Below are positions 51,896 to 64,000 of a stretch of 64,000 bases of DNA, piece after piece. The DNA is from Hydrolagus affinis (Eukaryota). Where the stretch lies: contig JAAILG010000034.1 in NCBI GenBank assembly GCA_012026655.1, positions 1 to 64,000 on the forward strand, in the 5' to 3' direction. Each line of letters starts with the position of its first letter. Position 1 is the stretch's first letter. Under the pieces are notes generated by a model, which was not told where the DNA came from, did not search any database, and worked only from the letters and a program-made list of their open reading frames with translations. A program made the position numbers and the translations under genes.

Positions 51896-52829
51896 GCAGG
51901 CATGTTTGAATAGAAAATGAAAGCACATCACCCTGTTAGTTTAGTCTTATTCCACATGAGTTGAAACTCACACCTGGGGAGGGAAATTAAATGCAAATTA
52001 GAATTTGGATGGAGTATTGACTCCAGGATTCCAGAATCATAGTGCAATGTTGCATCTTTCTGTCTAGTTTCCAAACCGTCACAAGGGTAGATGTTTTTCT
52101 GACAGCTCTTGGAACACCTTTGTTCTATTGTGCTTAAGAAAGCAATGGAAGGAACTTTGCTTTGAGAAGGCAATGCAGGTAAGCATTGAAAAGTCGCCTT
52201 TTGTTCAAGATGCTTGCCAACATGCAAACAAAAGGCAGAAAGCAGTGCTGTTTGCCTTCAAAAAGCTGTCCTTTCTCTGGCTTGATTACACTTCACTTAT
52301 TTATTCAGCGCTCAGTGTTGAGTGATATTCATACACCTTAAAGCACATTTTTTTTGTCTCCTCCTGATGAGAGGCCATCCTTCAGCGTTTGCCCGCATGC
52401 ACAATATCTGCTGACAGAGCTGCGGTTTCAAGAATAAGGTTGCTCAGTATTATACAGGTCTCTATGAAGTAGCAGAATGCCATGAAAATGATGGTGCAGG
52501 CATGACAACTGATAGCACGATCCCTCCTCCTTGACTGCAAGATTATTTCATGTTGCATTCCTCAAAGTAAAATCAAACTCCTCCATCAACACCAATACCA
52601 CACCGAGATGCACTTTGTCTGTTCAGATTGCCAGAAGGATAACCAGCAATGCACCGCCAGGTCTAGGGCTGAGGACATAAAACAATCGTGCTGAGATTTG
52701 GACCAAAATAGCTACACAAAGCTATTGATGAGTTCAAACATTAGGAGTTGAATTTGAAACTGCTTGGCAGGAACTCAGGGATGCAAAAGAAAATGTGTTG
52801 AGTTCAACTTAAGCTTGGAAAAATATCAC

Positions 52830-53030
52830 TATGTCTTCATCCTTTGGAACTCCATTCGTCAAACATTTCAAGCTTCTCACCCCTGTCTCTATCAGTGTCC
52901 AAAGGTCGCCTAAAATCTACCTCTTCAACTGTGCATATTCACCTCCTTCCTCCTTCCACCTCCATACCCCTGCTCAGTGTTCAGTACAGAGCTCCAAAAT
53001 GTTTCTCTATAATATTCATGTTGTTGCTTG
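52830..53030 (+). mobile_element. L2 LINE 3' end
   Basis: CTTTGGAACTCCATTC...CGCCTAAAATCTACCTCTTCAACTGTGCAT (WNS...RLKIYLFNCAY) and GTTGTTG tail. Confidence 0.65.
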
Positions 53031-53569
53031 AGGTGTAACACTGGCTCACATTAACAAAGCTCTGCCCTTAGTCTACACACAGGGCAAACATTTATCATTT
53101 CAAAATGACTACAGAAAACTGTAAGCAAATGAATTTAAAAATCTTAAAAATATAACATTTTAGAACAATGATCCTCAGGGTAAGACTATTAGAAATTACA
53201 GGACTCATGTCTGACCAAGCAAAATATTAACATAGTCAATCCAGATGCACTTGTACAGGCAGCAGTACTAGCCTGAAAGTGATTAAGTGCAAGCCAACCA
53301 AATATCCGACCAAATTTTCCCATCATGGTTTGTTTCTACAGGGTCCAATTGATCAGCAAACAGATTAATGGTCAACTCTTTGATACAGAGATGGAAGAGT
53401 CTTCCATCTCCTCTGGCATTTCTGCCATTACAATAACACTAGTAAATGCTTTAAAATTGTATTAAAAAGACAACAATGAAAGATACTGCAAATGCCCATG
53501 CCATGGGGGAGGTTGTTGAAAATTAATACAGGAAAACTCATATAATTCTTATCTTCATCAATTGTATAA

Positions 53570-53719
53570 TCGTTTAAGCCGTTCATGGCTGCCATATTTT
53601 GCCCATGAATATACAGTCAATTCACTTTACAGTATATTCTGTGAAGCGCTTTGAGACATCTAGAAGACGTGAAAAGCGCTATACCAAATGCAAGGATTAT
53701 TATTATTATTATTATTATT
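53570..53719 (+). mobile_element. SINE 3' half with (ATT)n tail
   Basis: CAGTCAATTCACTTTACAGTATATTCTGTGAAGCGCTTTGAGACATCTAGAAGACGTGAAAAGCGCTATACCAAATGCAAGG(ATT)n. Confidence 0.9.
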
Positions 53720-54975
53720 CACCCGAGTACCATACATAGCTGCTGCATCGAATCATGGGAAATGATCGGTCGACATATGCACACTTACCGGCTGGCTGCA
53801 TTAAATGGATCCGTCGATGCATGTGCAGAAGAACTTCATTTCCTGCCATTCAATGCGATTCCAGCGCTTGTCGATATTTTCGCAATCAATGACGGGTCAA
53901 GACAGCACCTCCAACAATGCATGACACTGCATTAAAATGTCAGCCTAGACAATATGAGTTCAAACTGCCAACATGGGCCTTGAACTCACAATCTCCTGAC
54001 TCAGAGGCAGGAGTGCTACCAACTGAGTCAAGCTTCTCACGCATAGCTAAAAGAGTTCAAACAACCTAGACATGATTCCATTCTCAATGATATCTTGTGT
54101 TCAGTGAACCAAGTTCATATTTTGTTTTGCTCATTAGGATGAGAAGATACAGTCCTGGGAAATTCTGCTGTTATAATGGAGAATTTTACAGGAGTAAAAT
54201 AAAAGCTATTATTGGCAAGTGAGAATGTTTGCATTTGGGAAGAGGCTCAATTCCAGTCAAATTTTTTGGCAGCTGTGAAGCACTTTGCCCCCACTGGGAG
54301 AAACTGAATGCAATTTCATTTCTAGAATCATAGAACCTCCAGCTCTATTATGTAGCTACAGTTTTAATTCAACACACTGCTGCTCCATATGTGGAGTCCC
54401 AAGCAAACTAAACTTAAATTTGCCTAGTTCAAAAATATCCCCCCAAACGTTACATATGGGACAAGTAGGGTTTTGGGTGTAAATTCAATGCCTTGCTCCC
54501 TCTCGCACAGTAACTATTCTGAATATGATCCTATAGTGGGCATTACCAGTGCAGTAGTAAAATGAATTACAAAAGAATAAGCAACATACAATGTGTTAGG
54601 TCCCAATAGTAATAAAGCCAGAACAGCTTCTTACTGCCTCCGTCTTATGGTTCATTGAGGTTATCTAGTAACCATTTTAGTTACATGGACCCACCTTTAA
54701 TCCCCAATGCATTAAATTAGCTAATCTCATCTGCAATGGTGGAAAAATGCTACAGTGTATAATATATTCTCCACTTAGGGCCAAGATACCTTAGCTGATG
54801 TCAGACTAAAAGTTTCCAATGTTAACTAGAGAATGCACACTTAAGACAAAATGAGGAGGTCAGAACACAGGTTTCTCAGTTTACATAAAGATTATTTTGT
54901 GAGATTCACCAGAAATCTGAATTATTGTACACTCACCCATTCAATTCTTGTCACATACGACATCGGCATTTACAC

Positions 54976-55407
54976 ATAATAATAATAATCCTTGTACAGT
55001 ATTTCATGTAGTGTCTTATCACGTCTTCTAGATGTCTCAAAGCACTTCACAGAATACTGTATACTGTTAAAAATATTGTGGGTGAAACGTGGCAGCCAAT
55101 TGCACATAGCAATGTCCCACAAACAGTTGTGGATTGAAGTGACCAATTTTTGGGGGGAGGGATTATTATGTTTATATATGGGTAAGGAAACTGGCCTAAG
55201 ATTTCGCCCTGCTTGCAATCGAACCTAGTTCTCTCGCTTGTCTAGGCCTTTGTGTTTCATCCATAAATATACAGTCAATTCACTTTATATTCTATGAAGC
55301 GCTTTGAGATATCTAGAAGATGTGAAAAGCACTATATCAAATGTAGGGATTATTACTATTATTATTGTTGTAAAGCGAGTAATCTAATCACTGAGCTACA
55401 GGACTCC
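54976..55407 (-). mobile_element. full-length tRNA-SINE interrupted by an opposite-orientation SINE fragment (55242-55367)
   Basis: Head is split: ...TCTCGCTTGT | insert | TTGTAAAGCGAG...GCTACAGGACTCC, with TTGT duplicated. Confidence 0.85.
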
Positions 55408-55499
55408 ACATCAACAAATTTACATCACAATCATTACTGCAGACTGAATTCCTACAAACTATGTAATACAGTACTATCAAGATTTGTCTCAAGACCTGC

Positions 55500-55640
55500 C
55501 TCTTTGACAGCGCTTTGAGTCATCTTTCCCTACCCCTACCCTTAGCTAGCTCGGATACCCACCCAGTACTGTTAAGTGCTTTGGGATGTCCTCCCTACTT
55601 GAAAGTCGCTACATAAATGTTAATTTGTATTGCATTGCAT
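55500..55640 (+). mobile_element. L2 3' tail
   Basis: GTGCTTTGGGATGTCCTCCCTACTTGAAAGTCGCTACATAAATG. Confidence 0.6.
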
Positions 55641-56079
55641 TAGGCAACAAGAGTTAACAGAGATTAGCTGTAAAAAGCAAGTCCTAACCATGCCTCAAAT
55701 TTGTTGTACTTCAGATACTTTAAACGACTATAATGTTGCACCACTTAAAATGCTAAGTGTTGCACGAGTAGATGAGTCATGAAAACTGCTAGACCAAGAT
55801 AATTTTTTTAAACTACTTTTAATTGCAGAATAAAAAAGTAAAATAAGTTAGAACCCACAGTCCTTAGACTTTGCAAATTGGCAAAGTGCCACAATTGCTG
55901 CTAATTTCAAATGTATTTGTTTGGACCAAGTTAAGTCAAATGGCCAAATTCACTGAAAGGCAGGATATTTTGGGAATTTAGGACATTTTTGACGGATGAT
56001 GGAAACCCTTCACAATAAAAGTAAATCTGGTGTCAAACTTCTCATTGTTTGGCCTTGCAGGTAGTATACCTTTGCACAT

Positions 56080-56190
56080 TATAATAATAATCCTTGCATT
56101 TGTTATAGTGCAGCTATTTTCACATATTCTAGACATCTCAAAGCGCTTCATAGAATATACTGTAAAGTGAATTGACTATATTTGTGGCCA
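56080..56190 (-). mobile_element. SINE 3' fragment
   Basis: AATAATCCTTGCATTTG...CTCAAAGCGCTTCATAGAATATACTGTAAAGTGAATTGAC. Confidence 0.85.
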
Positions 56191-56894
56191 ACATTACACA
56201 ATTTAAAGAAAACAAACTGCAAATGCTGCCAACACAAATAGTTTGAGTTAATGTTTCACAATGTCCAGATAACTTCCACCCAAAAAATAGCACATACAGT
56301 ATAGATAATCTTAACTTGGTTTCTTCAGGTTAGAATGATAAAAATAGGCACCTAGCTAAAGGCAACCCGGCGCCAACAAGATCTTATCTTCACCCTGTGG
56401 TAAAACATTAGGGTGCTACTGGCCTGCTAGCCGCCAGAGTAGGTGAGCATCAACTTAAGAACAAAACAATCATTGTTTCAGAAATGTAAAACATGGTTTC
56501 TTAACTTCAGAAGAGAGCCTCGCATTAAACCTACTTTAGATGTGTTTAAACCTTTACTTAAAATAGAAAAGGGTTGCTCAGAGCTGCATTATCTCCTCTA
56601 AGCTCTAGGATGGGTTTTAAACATTAAAGATCGATAAGGTTTCCACCTCAGGTCATACTTCAGCACCACCGCTGTGTTGGTCACAGAGTGACAGTGACAT
56701 TGGCTGGGGAGACATTTGCTATTGTCGGCCTTCCTCATCTGTCAAAGAGCATAGAATGCAATGACAGAACCTAAAGGAAAGTAAAATGATAATAGATAAA
56801 CAAGAAGAACTGAAAACATTTAAAAAAAAAAGAAGTTGCCTTGAAAGCGATTGCAAAGATTGGTTCAGTGTCACTCAGAAAGAAAGCATTTCGC

Positions 56895-57015
56895 ATACAA
56901 TATATACAGTCCATTCACTTTATGATATAGACACTTTATAGTATATTCTGTGAAGCTCTTTAAGTCGCTTCGAAGACATGATAAGGCGCTGCATCAAATG
57001 CAATGATTATTATTT
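56895..57015 (+). mobile_element. SINE 3' fragment
   Basis: ATATACAGTCCATTCACTTT...GTATATTCTGTGAAGC...ATCAAATGCAATGATTATTATT. Confidence 0.8.
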
Positions 57016-57079
57016 TGAGACCATTGCAGACCCTCTGGTTGTCCCCAAAAACATCGTAAAATACGATACACATGCTTTT

Positions 57080-57230
57080 ATATCTTTCACATTTGTTCTC
57101 TTGATGTTTATCCAACTTTCTCTTGACTGTTTCAGCACTGTTGACACCACTGTTGAGGCAGATTCTGTTCACCTTAGATGTGAAGCGGCTAAATCCAAAT
57201 AATTGGTTCAAATTGACCACAGGACTGATG
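57080..57230 (-). mobile_element. decayed CR1 ORF2 C-terminus
   Basis: FTSKVNRICLNSGVNSAETVKRKLDKH resembles FT.RV...WN.LP..VV.A..V..FK.KLD.H. Confidence 0.5.
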
Positions 57231-57509
57231 GTACTTTGTTCTGCTTCAGCATATCTGGGTGTGATTCTCCCTACTCAGGGTGACAAATATGTCCTTAATG
57301 ACAATTCCCAACTGCTTGTTGATCGAATTTCATGCATATTTATATACGAAATACTTTCTGAATGAAATGTCAATCATTCATTCTGACTGTCTGATAGCAC
57401 AAATGCTCTCTTTTCATCAGCAGCCAAGCAAAATGCATACAGGTGAAACTATGGTAATAACTAATTCAGAGAGCTTGATGTAAAATGTCTCAAAACATGG
57501 GTGCTGTCC

Positions 57510-57710
57510 ACACATTGGTGTCAATGAACCGTGGTTCTTATCACTGCTGTCACATTGCTGTCAATCCATCATGCTCTCACGTTGATGCAATGCATCACAC
57601 TCACATTACTATCAATGCATCAAGACTCTCACATTGCTCCAATGCATCATGCCCTCATTTTGCCATCAATGCATTGCCCTCTTGACTGTTTGCTTCACAT
57701 TGCTTCAATT
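57510..57710. repeat. degenerate ~24-28-bp minisatellite
   Basis: Five or more units of approximately TCACATTGCTNNCAATGCATCATGCTC. Confidence 0.75.
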
Positions 57711-57849
57711 CACAAGCCAATGACAGACCAAGTACAATGGAACAAAAGAAAGTCTGCAAAATTGTCTCATCCCTCGCCTCAAAAACAAGCCACTTCACAC
57801 CCACCCACAACAGACCTCCCACAATAAAAAGTGTTTAGTTATTGCCCAT

Positions 57850-58200
57850 CAACTGCTCCACCACCAACCTTATTGAAAGAGCACCCAATGCTTGTATTGC
57901 TTTATACTACATTGCCAGTTCTTGTAGCCAGTCCAATAGAATGTTTGTTATGTCACAATTACAGCTTATCTTGTGTGCTACTTTTCTTCACAAAATTAAG
58001 TGTTAACAGACTGGAAGAAAGGAGTTGGATGAGCACCAGACCGCACTGATGCCCGAGGCTCAATACTGCAGCCTCACATGCTGTGGGTATAGCTTAAGCA
58101 CAATGCTTTCAATCAGGCTCTCGATTATGATCTATACCATGTTAAGAGGTTATCTTGGTAGTATATTTGCCACTCCTTTGCATAAAGCTCCCCCTGAACT
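57850..58200 (-). mobile_element. very old CR1-like ORF2 remnant
   Basis: Minus strand KLYPQHVRLQY...AVW resembles LY...VRP.LEY...VW. Confidence 0.35.
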
Positions 58201-59324
58201 GCAGATTCAGTTCCCTAGCCATCAGTAAATTGATCTGGAATCATTTAAGCACAGAGTGTTGCTAATATTAAATAGGTAATGGGTCCTGCAAACCATCAGA
58301 ATATCAGATTTACTGCCAGGTTAACCTGTTACAAGAACTTGCATTCCATCGCACGTTTGTATACATCTTGGAAGGCACTCAGAACTGGAGAGAGAGTCTG
58401 GACTAATAGATAATGGCAGTATGGTTACCTTACTGACAGAGATTATTTTGCTATATAAAAATAAACTAAGACATGCAGGGGTTCAATTCCACTAAGAGTG
58501 TTTTTTCGCCAAGCCTTTGTCAGACTTCATTATGAACTCCAAAATAAGCAATACCTGCTGTACTTTTATACCTCTCTCCTGTTACTTCAATGAGTCACAT
58601 TGGTGTTATTGCCTAAAAACAGATTGTTGAAAGGTAAACTGGTCACCTTTTGATCAAAGCTTCTTGAAGAGGAGAAAAAAGGTTTGACTGATTCACAGAT
58701 AGCTTTACAGTTTTGAGAAAATGCTAGCTTTTCAATATGTTTCTTCTATGATCTATGAATGTAAAATAAATTCAGAAATCCTGAACCAAGAAAAAGGGCA
58801 CTAAAGCTCAAGAGAATAAATGTTGTGACCACTCAGGAACTCGATTCCTAAGTATCTGATACGTATGAACAAACTTAAAAATACAAATGCTTCATGAATC
58901 ACAGAATACACATTTAAAACAAACCAGGAAAATAACTTAATTGGCAACTATTAATTCTACAGATGAGACCTTGTTATATTGGGAGAGAAAAAAAATCAAT
59001 CGTCCATTGTTAAATCAAAGGCTAATCAAATAAGGAACTAAGAACTTTGAGAACATCTATTGGTTACAAGGTTCAGGAAGAGGGTTGTACTATCTTAGAA
59101 TTTGACCTGCCATATTTCAAAGAGAACGGAAATATATAATTTTCTAGCTCATTTAAGTCAAGTAATAGAATGAAAAGAGGCTATTATGACAATGGGCAAA
59201 TGAGATCAAAGTTTGGGTTGTGTTACTCTGTTGGAGTGAGTAAAGACCTAGCATTGTGGGATATGATCTGGAATTGCATCGAGACCATGCAAAGCTTTAC
59301 AGAAATTTGCATCCTGAATATGGC

Positions 59325-60040
59325 AAACATGGTTTGCAAATGGCTTTCCATGATGATCATATTATACTCCTCCCACCACCCCTTTAACTTGAAAAGAAAA
59401 GTGAGGCATGCATCATTTCAATTGGTTCACAAAAACTTCTTAAAAATCCCTACAAATAAGTTATACGGCATAGTAATTCTGATAAGTGCAAATTTTACAG
59501 AGTTGTAAGAGGCAAAAAGCTTGGATGATATTTTTTGCAAAACTCGAAACACAGGAAAGCATAGGGACCATCCCACACCATACTGATAATATAATGTATT
59601 AAACAAAAACCTCTTCAATGACTCTTAATCTTTATCTGCTTCACTGGCCTTAGTTGAAATAGGCTCAGTTACATTTCCTTGTAGATCTTTGCCTAATAAA
59701 TTATCCATCACTGAGCTTGGGCTGAAGCAATTGCAGGAGAACAACCAGTTGTCAAATGCACTGACTTAACAAAAAACAGTCATTGAAATTGACAAATCAG
59801 TGAACTTTAAGGTTTGGGGGAAAAGGTATTTACTGGTGTCAACACTGCAAATGACTTTCCACTGTGATCCTATTGCCCCTCCCCCTTAACTTGAAAGGGA
59901 AGGTGAGGGATGGATTGTTTAAACTGGATCCCAAAACATTCTTAAACATTCTTAATCCTCCCTACAAATGAGGTACACAGCATGGTAGATCTGATGAGTG
60001 AAAATTTTACAGTAGTTCTGGGCTAAAAGCATGGGTAAAA
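59325..60040. repeat. diverged ~200-bp direct repeat pair (59325-59530; 59835-60040)
   Basis: Collinear shared blocks TGCAAATG.CTTTCCA, TTAACTTGAAA, CCCTACAAAT, CTGAT.AGTG.AAATTTTACAG, AAAAGC.TGG. Confidence 0.75.
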
Positions 60041-60744
60041 TACACGTCTTAAAAGTCACGCATTTTATTTAACAGATGGTATCCTGGGTGAAATTAGCTG
60101 GACTTTGGAGCATTACAGTAACTAAAGAGTAACAGACAAAGATGATGGGCATATGTTTAAAAAGGCCCCTTCAGCCAGGTAAATCTGAAGCTGGAAGTTT
60201 CTCCAGTTTAGATCAGTGTACAGAGCTTGGTGAACACCAGTATGACTAAAAATGGCTAGATTCACACTCGATAAATTTACTTTGGGAGATGCCAGACAGA
60301 AATAGACACATTCAATCACGTGCCATGGCCCCTTCCAAGTATTCAAAATTATTGGCAACGCATCTGCAGCACATGTCCAATGTTGAGGATTGTTCTATTT
60401 CAGAGAATCAACAGTGATTTTTATTGGAAGATTTTTATAACTTCCATTTCCCTGCTGAAAAACACTGGTTTGACACTTGCCAAAGCAGTTTTTCTTGTAT
60501 GATGGAAAGGACCTCCTCTGCCTTTGGAGGAATAAATCACTTTTCTGAAACAATCTTTTGCAAATAGATATTGTTAAAGGCCCATATGGGTTATTGACCT
60601 TCCTTGAGAAATAGTACACTGTCATAGCTTTTTTTTAAAAAAAATCACAGTTCCTGCATTGTGTCCTCTCTTCTTCCAAGGCAGAGAATCATGCTGGGGT
60701 ACATGTGAATGAACATTGTCTACAATTAGAAAGGATGGACAAGC

Positions 60745-60928
60745 CAAATAATAAAATTGGTCATTTTTCAATCCACGACTGTTTCTGGGACACAGCTGTG
60801 CACAATTGGCTGCCACATTTCGCCCACAAATATACAGTCAATTCACCCTACAGTATATTCTTGAAGCGCTTTGAAATACCTAGAAGACATAAAAAGCGAT
60901 ATATCAAATGCATGGATTATTATTATTA
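60745..60928 (+). mobile_element. SINE 3' half
   Basis: AATCCACGACTGTTTCTGGGACAC...CAATTGGCTGCC...ATCAAATGCATGG(ATT)n. Confidence 0.88.
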
Positions 60929-62179
60929 TGCACATACACACCCACACCACTCCCACACATACATGTACAGACACGCATACAGTCAAATCTTGCTGGATTC
61001 TGTACAGCAGAAATAATCATGGATGATTATCTTTTTCCTAGCCTGGAAGCATCGATTGCAATTGTTATAATCTTGCAGCTCCCATCATAGAGTTTAGTCA
61101 ATTCAGCACAGATCAGGAATCAAATTGGAAATCTTCTGGGCTGTATGGTTCAGATCGACAAAAGGTTATTCATTACATCCAATCAGCCATCAGTTGAGCC
61201 TCAACATAGCTAATCATATCAATAACAGACAAGCAAGATGCAGGACCCCATTGCAACAATACAAATTGACATTATTACATCATCTTTCACATTGAGAGGA
61301 CGTCCCAAGGCGCTTAAAGGTGTTATTATTTACTGATAATAAATAATGAAAGAATGGTTCTTAATTATTCCATTACATCAATATAAGGTTTGTGGACAAT
61401 GTAGCGATAATTCCAAAGGCTACATTTTAAATTGTAAAATGTTCCCCTATGTTCATGCAAAGGACTGAAACAGTAAATACCTCCTTCATCTTGCCATATC
61501 AAAATACTGCCAAGAATAACAAATTGAGGAGACATGCGTAGTGCACCCATCTTTGCCGACCCAATCTGCAATCTTGAAGGCTACAATTGTGACTTCTTGT
61601 ATTTCGGAGAAACTAAGATCTCAAAACTCTTCATAACAATTGTATGACTACTCACAGTGTGGGATAAATTTAGGTTATTTACTTTAGTGTACAGAAGACA
61701 TCAATCTTGAAATGAAGATATATTCCACACAAGAGCTAGTGGTGGCATTATTCAAAAAAATTCACAAATGCCTCTCCATTTAAGGTCCCCTTTCAGGCAG
61801 TTCAATATGAGCATCTTCATGTTCTTTCTACACTGCATGAACAGACCTCTGAATCTTCAGAACTTTTCAAGACCTCAGAACCTTTCAAGAACACCATTAT
61901 TGGGTTATCAACAATTCGATAAATTGATATTTTACCTTTCAAAGGTAAAGGCAGCAGTAAAACTGGTCACAAAACTCTGCATTCAAGTTAATCGAACCAG
62001 TATGACGGTCAAATTTACAGAGCAAACCAGTTTTCATTTGTTGGCTCCCTCTACTCCCCATAATGGCACTCAAATATGTTTGGTAACACCATGGTTTCTG
62101 TCTGATCTGTAAGGAACACTTGCAGCCAAATGGATGAGAGAGTCTCAAAGCATCTTTTTGTGTGAGTATAATTTTTTTT

Positions 62180-62400
62180 TATTTTCCATTCCACCCTCCA
62201 TTCCCCTATACTTGCACTAGGCCAAGTACCTCCTATGCCCAAGGGATTGGACAAGAGATCAAGTGCTCCATCATACACAAATCAGCAACCCATACATGTG
62301 TCTCTCCCTCCAGGTTGTGGAGAAAAACTTGGCCTCTATTACCTCAGTACTGTTGAGATCCAGAACGCATCTGACGGAGATTTCAAATGCTGTATCTATC
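62180..62400 (-). mobile_element. decayed CR1 RT remnant
   Basis: Minus strand ...LLICV*W... near the FADD position and GEWRVEWKI resembling W...W.M.F. Confidence 0.3.
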
Positions 62401-63439
62401 ATTCGCATGATTATTTTTTCCCTTCCCACACTACATATGTCAACGGTTGATTAAGTGACTATAAGGCAGGCTTTGTACTCAAACAAACAACATTTTAAAA
62501 AAAATTGTTCCAAACTTCCAAAATGGACTAAGTTTTAACACATGGAAACATTCAAGAATAAAAACTTTTGTGCAGATTAAAAAAGAGACAGAAAATATTA
62601 AATGGAAAAGAACAACTCGTGCACAGGAAGCTTTTTTCCCATTGACATCAAATTGTACCTTTGCATTTACAGTATTTTAGTGGATTAGGAATTTGACAGT
62701 AATAAAACAATTCTGGATTTGTTTGCTGATTTAATATTTCTGATCAGTGTCACAGTGCATGAGCTGAAAATGTGTGTATATAGTCAACTCCCAGAGACAA
62801 GCACCACCCATAGGAATTGATCTTGCACCAAACAAATAGTTATTATTTAGCCATCCAATATGTTAGACAAATATTATGAGGCCTTGATGACTGTGAGAAG
62901 GTGTGGGAATAAACTGTCTTTATTTGGCTTAGCTCATTAAATAGTATCTCCTGTCTAACCAGAAAATGCCACTGACTGTTGCTGTGGAGAACTCCGCAAC
63001 CACTTGCTCTTGGGTAGACACAGGACATGTTGTGGCAAACAGGCCACAAGTGGGAGAAGGAGAGGTAGAGAAATGAAAGAATGTACATTAAGTACTGTAA
63101 TACTGTATCAACATTTTAGAATTTCACTTTGATATTTGCATTTGTAAAGTCTAAAATTCTAACATCCATGCCTTCTCGGTCACTCTCTTCCATAACTCCC
63201 TCTCCGTTATCCTTGATGCCCTTGCCCCTTAACTCCCTAATTGTCTCCTATTTAGTGGCTTGGGATGTCCTCCCAGTCCTGTAGAAATGTAATTTGCTGC
63301 TGCTGTTGTAGTTGATGATGATAGATTTGAAATTTTAACAACAGTGATGTCCATGGAACTATATAAAGGTAAAAAAATGGAAGTCAGTACTTTTAGCCAA
63401 AATGGTCTGAAGATATTTACTGGGTCTTTGAACTCAGAA

Positions 63440-63760
63440 TCTAGAATTGAAACTTCACTGCAGTTTGGGGGAATGTTACATTCTCGGAGGTGTCAACCTG
63501 TGGATGATATGTTAAACCACGTTCCTGTCTGCCTGTTCAGGTGGACATCAAAAACCCTATAGTACTATTAAAAAAAAGAGAATTTCTCAAGTCTCGTTGG
63601 CAATCCACTTGATAAAGTTGTTTTTTCACTTCTTGGCTGTTGTCAGATTTTGCCAAAAACTGGTTGTCATGTTTGCCTACAAATACACAGTCACCACATT
63701 CTGTGAAGCACTGTGAGATGTCTCATTGATAAGGTGCTATGTCAAAATTCAAGGATTATC
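63440..63760 (+). mobile_element. Deu-type SINE
   Basis: GGATGATATGTTAAACCAC...CCTGTTCAGGTGGAC...TTCTGTGAAGCACTGTGAGATG...AAGGATTAT. Confidence 0.7.
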
Positions 63761-64000
63761 ACACAACAAACAAATTATATTTGTATAGTGCCTTTCACGT
63801 CGCAAAGCTATATTGCTTAACATTTGTTTTGTCTGGAAACACATATGATTTGAATAGGTTAATTCAAAACAAAGATCCAATTTTCATATTTAAAAAAAAA
63901 TTAAACCCACCAAGTTTATTCCTTTCTTATTTTCCAAAGAAGGTACTTGATGGAAGAGTAAGGAAATAATCCATATCCCACAAATGGTGGGTCGTGGATT

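Noticed and set aside
52360-52390. CTGATGA followed by a short hairpin
   Set aside because: No GAAA after the stem.
57510-57710. Possible CRISPR-like array
   Set aside because: Eukaryotic context, degenerate units, no unique spacers and no cas genes.
59990-60006. CTGATGAGTGAAA hammerhead-like string
   Set aside because: No stem II between the core boxes, and the paralogous copy reads CTGATAAGTGCAAA.

Overview
AT-rich eukaryotic DNA, most likely from a cartilaginous fish (shark or chimaera). The assignment rests on repeat content recognised by eye: tRNA-headed SINEs with Deu/SacSINE1-type bodies, L2 and CR1 LINE debris, and Penelope-type palindromes. No intact protein-coding gene is visible. 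The ORF track contains only chance ORFs and decayed LINE ORF2 pieces, so the window looks like a large intron or gene desert; one candidate 33-nt minus-strand micro-exon lies at 1184-1216. There is one assembly gap (1300-1431). The most notable items are: (i) two ~220-245-bp fold-back elements, each flanked by a perfect 14-bp target-site duplication (TSD) and carrying a minimal hammerhead-ribozyme core (CTGATGA-stem II-GAAA-GTT), as in Penelope-like retroelements; (ii) nested insertions (SINE in SINE in CR1; MITEs inside SINEs); (iii) a 3' tail shared by SINEs and L2 LINEs; (iv) repeat-poor islands with clustered TGACAG and TGATNNAT motifs that may be developmental enhancers. No database searches were run; family names come from recalled consensus features and most repeat boundaries are approximate.
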